Positions 37,120 to 43,968 of a stretch of 50,132 nucleotides of DNA are shown piece after piece. This stretch comes from Minisyncoccota bacterium. GTDB taxonomy: Bacteria > Patescibacteriota > Minisyncoccia > Phycocordibacterales > JABAAK01. Below the pieces are notes generated by a model. It was not told where the DNA came from. It ran no database searches and was given only the letters and a program-made list of their open reading frames with translations. Made by a program: the position numbers and the translations under genes. The DNA lies in contig OY282360.1 in the NCBI GenBank assembly GCA_958295675.1, forward strand, positions 1 through 50,132. The letters are read 5' to 3'. Numbering within the stretch: the first letter of the stretch is position 1; the number at the start of each line of letters is the position of its first letter.

Positions 37120-38190
37120 ATGAACCAAACATCAACGATTATCACGGTATGTCTCTTCTTCGCGCTCGTTGCCGGCATTATTGTCATCTATCAAGAAGAG
37201 ATACGGAAGATGGAATTTTTTGGTCGCCTGCAAACATCGCCGGTTGCAGGTGTCGCGATAGGAGAGACAACAAGAGATGGGAATAGAGCGGGAAATCCGG
37301 TGGTCGTAAAACCAATACAACCGATTGGCAGTGTTGCTGTTTCATCGTTTTCCAGTAGTCATGGCGGCAGATTCGGCAACGGACGCATTGTTGATTCAAA
37401 TGTGAGGGACCGAAAAGAAGTGACGCCTGGAACAGTGCTCCACACCATTGCCGGCGGCGTGAGCGACTACTACGCTCGAGGTTTTTTGGAGGAAGCCGCA
37501 CAGTTATATGACCCGTCGCCGCATGCCGGTTTTATAGCATTCCTTGACCGGACATCAGGTGTGAAAGAATCACGATCAGACAGGGAGTATTTTGTGTTGG
37601 TAGTATCAAGCGCACTTGCAGCACCAATCACCATAACAGATTGGAAGGTATTTGATCGGCACAAAAAAACATCACATAAATTACCGAAAGGTGTGAAGGT
37701 TCCGGGAACCGAGGGCACACAAAGACAGATACCGGTCAAAATTGAAGCCGGAGACAAGATTATTGTTTCATCAGGAAGATCGCCAATCGGATTCTCATTT
37801 CATGTCAACAAATGTTCAGGATATCGTTCTCAGTTCAAAAACTTTGTACCGACTGTCAAAACCAACTGTCCGGATCCGCTTGAAGAATTTATCGCGGATG
37901 GAACAGTCCCATACACCGACAACGAGTGTTACAAAACAGTGGACAGGATGAGAAGATGCACGGTTATCACACATATCCCGGCAATAGTCACAAATGAGTG
38001 CCGCGACTTTCTGGAAAATGTGGTGACCGAAAGAGGATGTGTCTCGCTGCACAGAAATGATCCCGACTTCTTCACACGGGAATGGCGGCTGTTTCTTGAA
38101 TCAAGAAAAGATCTCTGGAAAAATGAAAACAATATCTTGTATCTCCTTGATGATGAAAACAGAATGGTAGCAACACTGGTATACAGATAG
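37120..38190 (+). CDS. Hypothetical membrane-anchored extracytoplasmic protein
   Basis: 356-aa ORF with an N-terminal TM anchor (IITVCLFFALVAGIIVIY) and a Cys-containing C-terminal region. No family recognised. Confidence 0.6.
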   Translation: MNQTSTIITVCLFFALVAGIIVIYQEEIRKMEFFGRLQTSPVAGVAIGETTRDGNRAGNPVVVKPIQPIGSVAVSSFSSSHGGRFGNGRIVDSNVRDRKEVTPGTVLHTIAGGVSDYYARGFLEEAAQLYDPSPHAGFIAFLDRTSGVKESRSDREYFVLVVSSALAAPITITDWKVFDRHKKTSHKLPKGVKVPGTEGTQRQIPVKIEAGDKIIVSSGRSPIGFSFHVNKCSGYRSQFKNFVPTVKTNCPDPLEEFIADGTVPYTDNECYKTVDRMRRCTVITHIPAIVTNECRDFLENVVTERGCVSLHRNDPDFFTREWRLFLESRKDLWKNENNILYLLDDENRMVATLVYR

Positions 38191-38260
38191 TCAAAGTGCT
38201 ACACTGCCGCTGTGAGTAAAAACTCGCCGTGTGTCTTTTCTTAAAACACACACCAACCTC

Positions 38261-38333
38261 CCGCCCATAGCTCAGTTGGTAGAGCGGCGGCCTTTTAAGC
38301 CGACGGTCCCAGGTTCGAATCCTGGTGGGCGGA
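38261..38333 (+). tRNA. tRNA-Lys (anticodon TTT), C1:G72 acceptor end
   Basis: Acceptor CCGCCCA/TGGGCGG, D-arm GCTC-AGTTGGTA-GAGC, anticodon loop CTTTTAA, T-arm CCAGG-TTCGAAT-CCTGG, discriminator A. Confidence 0.85.
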
Positions 38334-39812
38334 CTTTCCAGTACAACCTACGACACACTCCCTATCGGTCGTGTGGCTGTTGTGTGCGGTGCGGCATGCT
38401 GCCGCACCGTAGAGGGCTTTCCATGCGCTACGCGGGGTGAAACGGACGGTGTGACCTGTAAGAGTGCGGTTCAAGCCAATCTCTTTGAAAAAATCCGACA
38501 AATCAGCAGGGTCGGTGCTTGCAGTGATGTTTTGTATCGCCGTTGCTCGCTCTATCACAGATAGTGCCGGTTCAAGCCACGAATCACCATCGCCTGAGAC
38601 ACTCCGCATCTTTTCCCTAATTTCCGCCTTTTCATCAAGTAAGGTGTTTTTCTTGGCAATATACTCATCACGGGTAATATCACCAGAAAGAGACATATCC
38701 AGAAGACGATCAAGATACTCCTCACAGTGTTTCATATCCCTGCGGAGTGTCTCGGTGCGACTTACTCCCGCCCGTGTTTCTGTCTCGTACAATTCACGAA
38801 GTTTACCTCCAATTTCCTCAGACATGGCGGAAGTGAGAGAAATTTTTTGTAGTGCCGAGCGAACCTCCTCGTCAATTCTTTCACCGCGGACATACTTACC
38901 TGAACATTTTCCTTTTTTCTTGGTGCAATGATAGTAAGTATGTCCTTTTTGAATTGACGAGGTAATGGAACAGCCACAGTAAGCACAAACAAGCAGCTGA
39001 CGAAACGGGTGTTGTGCTGAATCATGTTTTCTCACCTCTCGCCCTCGCTGTTCCATAACCGCTTGGCACTTATCAAAAAGTTTCTTGGTGATGAGTGGTG
39101 TATGCACCCCTTCGTAGGTTTCGCCTCCCCACACCACCAACCCGTAATATATTGGGTTGTTAAGTATCCAATGAACATTGCTTGTGGGAGTGAGCTTGCC
39201 CTGTCTATTTTTAAATCTGAGACATTGAAAGGTGAACTTACCGGTGGCATATTTTTCAAAAAGCGAAACCACGATGGGTGCATACTCGGGGTCGGGGTCT
39301 ATAGTATTTGTATTGCGGTTATTTATATACCCAAAAGGTGCTCGTGAAGGATGGACACCTCGTCGCGCCTTATTCCTCATGCCACGGCGCACATTCTCAC
39401 TAAGATTGTCCACATAGAGTTTACTCTGACCGAATGCGAGGGTGAGGCAGAAAATACCATGTGGTGTATTTTCAAAGGTATAAGTTGGAAAGCGCAGGAT
39501 GGTATCACATTGTTCCACCAATTCAACCAACTTCGCACCATCCGTCATGTTGCGGGCAAGTCTATCCGGGTGCCACGCCAAAATACCTGCCGCCTCACCC
39601 TTGGCGATGCGACCAAGCATCGCTTCAAAAACTTTTCTCCCAGATTTCTTGGCGCTTTGTTTTTCAACTAAAACTTCAACAATGTAAATACCGTTCTTGC
39701 GAGCAAAAGCGTGAAGTTCAGACACTTGATCTGGTATACTCTGCACTTGTTTATCTCTGTCATCCGTACTTTTGCGAGCGTAGATAAAAAGTTTTTGTAA
39801 GGATTCGGTCAT
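38295..39812 (-). CDS. Large serine recombinase (integrase)
   Basis: N-terminal resolvase catalytic domain (IYARKSTDD with the nucleophile Ser, and HPDRLARN), a recombinase domain, a zinc ribbon (CAYCGCSITS...YYHCTKKKGKC), and a coiled-coil region. The ORF runs 39 nt into tRNA-Lys, and its TAA stop is complementary to the anticodon loop. Confidence 0.9.
   Translation of the reverse strand: MTESLQKLFIYARKSTDDRDKQVQSIPDQVSELHAFARKNGIYIVEVLVEKQSAKKSGRKVFEAMLGRIAKGEAAGILAWHPDRLARNMTDGAKLVELVEQCDTILRFPTYTFENTPHGIFCLTLAFGQSKLYVDNLSENVRRGMRNKARRGVHPSRAPFGYINNRNTNTIDPDPEYAPIVVSLFEKYATGKFTFQCLRFKNRQGKLTPTSNVHWILNNPIYYGLVVWGGETYEGVHTPLITKKLFDKCQAVMEQRGREVRKHDSAQHPFRQLLVCAYCGCSITSSIQKGHTYYHCTKKKGKCSGKYVRGERIDEEVRSALQKISLTSAMSEEIGGKLRELYETETRAGVSRTETLRRDMKHCEEYLDRLLDMSLSGDITRDEYIAKKNTLLDEKAEIREKMRSVSGDGDSWLEPALSVIERATAIQNITASTDPADLSDFFKEIGLNRTLTGHTVRFTPRSAWKALYGAAACRTAHNSHTTDRECVVGCTGKSAHQDSNLGPSA
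38331..38520 (+). repeat. IR-A1: left copy of a perfect 190-bp inverted repeat (contains the 3' end of the recombinase gene)
   Basis: In my hand alignment the sequence is identical to the reverse complement of 39859..40048. ORF-track entries 38325..38564(+) and 39809..40054(-) translate identically across it. Confidence 0.9.
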
Positions 39813-39858
39813 AGTAAATGAATTATATCATACCGACCCCGTCTCACTAACAACACAA

Positions 39859-40048
39859 AAGCACCGACCCTGCTGATTTGTCGGATTTTTTCAAAGAGAT
39901 TGGCTTGAACCGCACTCTTACAGGTCACACCGTCCGTTTCACCCCGCGTAGCGCATGGAAAGCCCTCTACGGTGCGGCAGCATGCCGCACCGCACACAAC
40001 AGCCACACGACCGATAGGGAGTGTGTCGTAGGTTGTACTGGAAAGTCC
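39859..40048 (-). repeat. IR-A2: right, inverted copy of the 190-bp repeat, 46 bp upstream of the recombinase start codon
   Basis: It is the reverse complement of 38331..38520. ORF 39878..40099(+) repeats the last ~55 aa of the recombinase (DFFKEIGLNRTLTGHTVRFTPRSAWKALYGAAACRTAHNSHTTDRECVVGCTGKS). Confidence 0.9.
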
Positions 40049-40219
40049 TCTCACCAGATTGCGTTGGAACTAAGGCTATACCTGAAATCCGGCAATTAAG
40101 TCGCTCCGCTTACTTTGGGGACTTGCTGCGCAAGACCCCTCCGTGCGCTCCGCTCCCGCGCCAATCACCGCCGGCATTTTCTTTTTCAAATTCCTCCGCC
40201 GCCCAACCCCGCGTGCTCG
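40044..40219 (+). repeat. IR-B1: left copy of an imperfect ~175-bp inverted repeat flanking the RM+SIR2 cassette
   Basis: It aligns by hand with the reverse complement of 43761..43935. The first 30 nt are identical (AGTCCTCTCACCAGATTGCGTTGGAACTAA), followed by scattered substitutions and then loss of similarity after CGTGCTCG. It is GC-richer than the cargo. Confidence 0.75.
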
Positions 40220-40540
40220 CCGCCGTCTGTTTCTGTTCTTTTTGCTTGAAAAGGTGGGGGTTTGGGGTTTCTCATTTAACCCAGTAGCACGCGAACCAAC
40301 AGCAAAAGAAAATTTTGGTGTTGGCGAGGAGGAGGAACCAACAGTAATCCGCCCGTGAATCTCCCGACAGGGTTTTCACGGGCGGATTTCCCTTTAATGA
40401 CAATTTTACCTATATTTTACTTGCTAAAAACAGACTTGATCAAATTCTCCTTAGATACTAAAATATGGATGTAGTACTTGATTAGAGTGTGGATAGCTCG
40501 CTCTTGATCAAATAAGGTGTATGAATTAAAATATAAATAT

Positions 40541-41335
40541 ATGGCTTCTTCAAGTATGAAAAAAAACAGAGTCCATAACGGCGATATTATGGATCTATTG
40601 AAAGAATTACCAGCTAACAGCGTAGATATGGTTTTTGGTGACCCTGATTATAATGTTGGCATAAACTATGACGGAAAAAGGTATACAAAAAATTTTGAAG
40701 AATACGTTGAATGGTACATAAACCTAACAAATGAATGTATGCGAGTATTAAAAAAACAAGGAAATGCTTTTATGATAAATTATCCAAAACAAAACGCACA
40801 CCTACGCGTGAAATATTTGGATATTCATTACCCATTAACCACAGAATATGTATGGGTATATAACACAAATGTGGGACACACACCAAAACGATTCACGACG
40901 GCACACAGAAGCATATTACACATACGCCCTTCAAAAGATAATAAGTTTTTTAAGACCCAAGTTGCTCAACCATATAAAAATCCAACAGATCGGAGAATAA
41001 AAAATAACATAAAAAATGGATCAAAAGGACGAATGCCTTACTCATGGTTTGAATTTAATCTGGTAAAGAATGTCAGCAAAGAAAAAACGCTCCACGCATG
41101 TCAAATACCACAAGATCTATCGGAGCTCCTGATAAAATCATGTACCAAAAAAAATGATACTGTGTTGATATTGTTCGCTGGAAGTGGTGCGGAATTGGAG
41201 GTTTGTAAAAATCTTGAAAGAAATTTTCTCTCGGCTGAAATGCATAAAAAATATTACAAAATGATACAAGAACGATTAAAGAACGGATCAGTGCCCAACA
41301 AATACAAACTAAAAAATGGAAAAAGATGTTACTAA
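40541..41335 (+). CDS. DNA methyltransferase, N6A/N4C beta-class (variant DPDY catalytic motif)
   Basis: ORF 40517..41335 (GTG). I chose the first ATG, at 40541. It has the VFGDPDYNVG catalytic motif and a C-terminal AdoMet motif ILFAGSGAELE. It is convergent with the next gene and overlaps it by 4 nt. Confidence 0.8.
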   Translation: MASSSMKKNRVHNGDIMDLLKELPANSVDMVFGDPDYNVGINYDGKRYTKNFEEYVEWYINLTNECMRVLKKQGNAFMINYPKQNAHLRVKYLDIHYPLTTEYVWVYNTNVGHTPKRFTTAHRSILHIRPSKDNKFFKTQVAQPYKNPTDRRIKNNIKNGSKGRMPYSWFEFNLVKNVSKEKTLHACQIPQDLSELLIKSCTKKNDTVLILFAGSGAELEVCKNLERNFLSAEMHKKYYKMIQERLKNGSVPNKYKLKNGKRCY

Positions 41336-42150
41336 TTTCTCACAATCCTATATTCCGCATTCTTTATTAAAGACAGAGAGGACATATCGTACGGCTCAGT
41401 AAAGGTGTATTTATAAAGACGGATGATTGATCCTGTGCTGGTTTGTCTGCGCAACAAATAGCAAGCATTCAAATCAGATATTGCCAATCCCTCTTTTTTA
41501 TGCTTTGTATAATACAGAAAGGGTAAATATATTTGAGAAACAGCAAAATCTTTTGGAAAACCATTTTTTGCCTCAAAAACAGTCACTATACCATTCTCCT
41601 CTGCTGTCATATCTATCTCGATCTGTTGATTATTGAGAGAAACCCTCTCACCCCCTATGTAATATGTTGCGGTCAAATTCGTCCTATGTGAGTTATATAT
41701 CTTTGGCGTCGCAGCAACTTCGCTATACAAAAAATCATGCATTATCCTTTGGTTATAGGCGACCGACAGTATATTTGATTCACTTGTATTCAATTCATTA
41801 AGAATGCTTGCTCTATAATTTCTTTCTATCACATTTTGTATATCCTCAAACACATGATAGCCATACTTCACACCCTTCACAAATTTATGTCTCCCCTTTC
41901 CAAGGTGAACAACAAAGTAATCATTATTTCGCAATACCGGAGGGAGTTTTTCTGTATTATCTATATGAAACACATCAAATGGATTTTGAAACCCCGTTTT
42001 CCTGCAAACACTCTTGACTAGTTCATTATCAAAAACTAAATCACTTGTAAACTGTGCGCTGTCGCCGCCACTTCCTTCTTGTACTTTACCACCACAACAA
42101 CGCGAAAAAATCTCTTCTTGTGTTTGTTGTTTTTTGCTTGGTTGGGGCAT
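41332..42150 (-). CDS. Putative type II restriction endonuclease (PD-(D/E)xK)
   Basis: 272 aa, tail-to-tail with the methyltransferase. It has a candidate D...E-x-K motif (IEIDMTAEENGIVTVFEAKNG). The call rests on context plus this motif. Confidence 0.5.
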   Translation of the reverse strand: MPQPSKKQQTQEEIFSRCCGGKVQEGSGGDSAQFTSDLVFDNELVKSVCRKTGFQNPFDVFHIDNTEKLPPVLRNNDYFVVHLGKGRHKFVKGVKYGYHVFEDIQNVIERNYRASILNELNTSESNILSVAYNQRIMHDFLYSEVAATPKIYNSHRTNLTATYYIGGERVSLNNQQIEIDMTAEENGIVTVFEAKNGFPKDFAVSQIYLPFLYYTKHKKEGLAISDLNACYLLRRQTSTGSIIRLYKYTFTEPYDMSSLSLIKNAEYRIVRN

Positions 42151-42240
42151 AATTATATTCTACAACAAAAATGCGGTTGGTGTTATTGGGACAATTGCTT
42201 CTATATATACAAAACAAAAAGAGGTGGTAATATAACTTAT

Positions 42241-43314
42241 ATGCATGTCGTTATTGTTGGAGCCGGAGCAAGTATTGCTTGTTATGAGGACATAAGAGAT
42301 AAGAGTGACTTGCCACAACTGCCGTCAATGGACAACTTTATTGATGTGGTGGGTTTAGCAAGTGTGTTTGAAAAATATGGACAGCAAGTGCCGAATGAAA
42401 ACATAGAGGTGGTGTACTCACGACTACAGAAAGAAGGTAATAACGCCCTTATCAAAGATTTGGAAGATGAAATTTTTAAGTACTTCTGTTCAATGCGATT
42501 ACCTGACAACGAAGTGACGGTATATGATAAATTAATATGCTCATTGGACCCAGGATGTGGTGATATGATATTTAGTTTTAACTGGGATCCTTTGTTAATA
42601 CAAGCGCTGATACGCAACCAAAAAACACTAAATGATCGTGCGCCTCGGATAAGATTTTTGCACGGCAATGTCGGGTTTTGTTATTGTGATAACTGCGATC
42701 CGATGAATAGAATGCAGAACATAGAGAACAAGCCGGTTGAGAGTCTTAGATGTCCGACCTGTGGAAACATGGTTAAAACACAAAAATTACTATATCCTGT
42801 GGAGAATAAAGACTACGCAGAAACCGATTTATTGAAGATTGATTGGAAAGAATTTGATGAATCGTTGCGTCGAGCAAATATAGTGACAATCTTCGGATAT
42901 AGTTGCCCTAAAACAGATGCTGAAGCAAGGAGACGATTGGAAGAGGCATTCAAAGAAAGAAATAATGGTCCAGCTAAGCCCGATTTATATTTCATTAATA
43001 CAACAGAAGAAAAACAATTGAAGGAGAATTGGGATAATCTAATATTTGCGAATGCTGAAGGTGAATATACAGATTTTTTTAAAAAAATGGATGAACATCC
43101 AATATCACACTGGCCACATATGTTCAGTATTTTCTGGGTGTGTGGTTATTTGCTTTCCAATCCATATAGTGGACAAGGTATCTTGAAAGATAGTAAAATT
43201 ATTGCAATGAGAAAGAGATACGAAAAAACAAAATCGCTTCAAGATTACCAGGCGTATATCAGCCACATCATTGAACTGGACACACCACACAGAGAACAGT
43301 TTAAAAAGCGGTAG
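42241..43314 (+). CDS. SIR2-like (sirtuin-fold) protein with a Cys4 zinc ribbon
   Basis: ORF 42079..43314. I chose the ATG at 42241, which is preceded by GAGGTGG. It has a Rossmann start VVIVGAGASIA, FSFNWDPLL (equivalent to the TxNYD motif), a catalytic-His context RFLHGNV, CDNCDP...CPTCG, and IFGYS. Confidence 0.75.
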   Translation: MHVVIVGAGASIACYEDIRDKSDLPQLPSMDNFIDVVGLASVFEKYGQQVPNENIEVVYSRLQKEGNNALIKDLEDEIFKYFCSMRLPDNEVTVYDKLICSLDPGCGDMIFSFNWDPLLIQALIRNQKTLNDRAPRIRFLHGNVGFCYCDNCDPMNRMQNIENKPVESLRCPTCGNMVKTQKLLYPVENKDYAETDLLKIDWKEFDESLRRANIVTIFGYSCPKTDAEARRRLEEAFKERNNGPAKPDLYFINTTEEKQLKENWDNLIFANAEGEYTDFFKKMDEHPISHWPHMFSIFWVCGYLLSNPYSGQGILKDSKIIAMRKRYEKTKSLQDYQAYISHIIELDTPHREQFKKR

Positions 43315-43760
43315 ACAGGCACATTTCTCCAAAATCAAAATATCTAAAATATCAAATTTTATACACGCAATACACAAAATCTTTTTCCTCATACCCAGAA
43401 ACACCGAAAATGCCAACCCGATACACATGAAATGTCAACGGAGAACACAGCATTTCCGACTCCAGACTTTTGCGAAGCAAAAGGATGGAGTGGGAAAAAC
43501 GGAACAAAGCGTTCCGCACCTCGCGGAAGAGTGAAAAAATGGCGAAGTGTTTGTGTATACAACTGCTTCGCTGTTTTTGAACAAGCGAGGTGCGGATCTG
43601 CGGAGTGGAGTGGTGCGTTTCTTATATACCAAGCCCTTCCGCCGTCTCATTTTCTTTTACCACTTCCCTCGTGCACGGAGCGGTGTTCCCCAACCAGACA
43701 AACACCCCATCGCCGCACATCACTCTACTGGTACTTCCCATCACCTCTACTGCACCGCGA

Positions 43761-43935
43761 CGAGCACGCAGGGATGGTGCGCGAATTGAAAGGAAAAAGA
43801 AAATGTTCGGCGGTTGGGCGAGGGAGCGGAGCGAACGTAGGGGTCTTGCGCAGCAAGTCCCTGGAGTAAGCGGAGCGACTTAATCACCGGATTTCAGGTA
43901 TCGCATTAGTTCCAACGCAATCTGGTGAGAGGACT
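43761..43935 (-). repeat. IR-B2: right, inverted copy of the imperfect ~175-bp repeat
   Basis: Its reverse complement aligns to 40044..40219. It ends with ...AATCTGGTGAGAGGACT, which resembles the 3' end of tRNA-Lys (AATCCTGGTGGGCGGACT). Confidence 0.75.
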
Positions 43936-43968
43936 GAACTAGTGTGAAGTTGATGTTGTATCTCATTA

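Noticed and set aside
38325-40054. Two near-identical ~80-aa ORFs (38325..38564 plus strand, 39809..40054 minus strand)
   Set aside because: They are the antisense translation of the two copies of the 190-bp inverted repeat. Their identity reflects the DNA repeat, not a duplicated gene. The sense frame belongs to the recombinase C-terminus.
40021-40358. ORFs 40021..40287 and 40143..40358, and ORFs 43432..43883 in the GC-rich repeat regions
   Set aside because: The translations are low-complexity (Pro/Arg/Ser/Ala-rich), with no RBS or start context. They overlap the inverted repeats and hairpins, so they are treated as non-coding.
43868-43935. Whether the end of the imperfect repeat is a degraded tRNA-Lys (or tmRNA-like) gene
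   Set aside because: Similarity to tRNA-Lys is confined to the last ~18 nt (AATC-TGGTGAGAGGACT versus AATCCTGGTGGGCGGACT). There is no T-loop, D-arm or acceptor 5' strand upstream. It is better explained as a recombinase half-site mimic.
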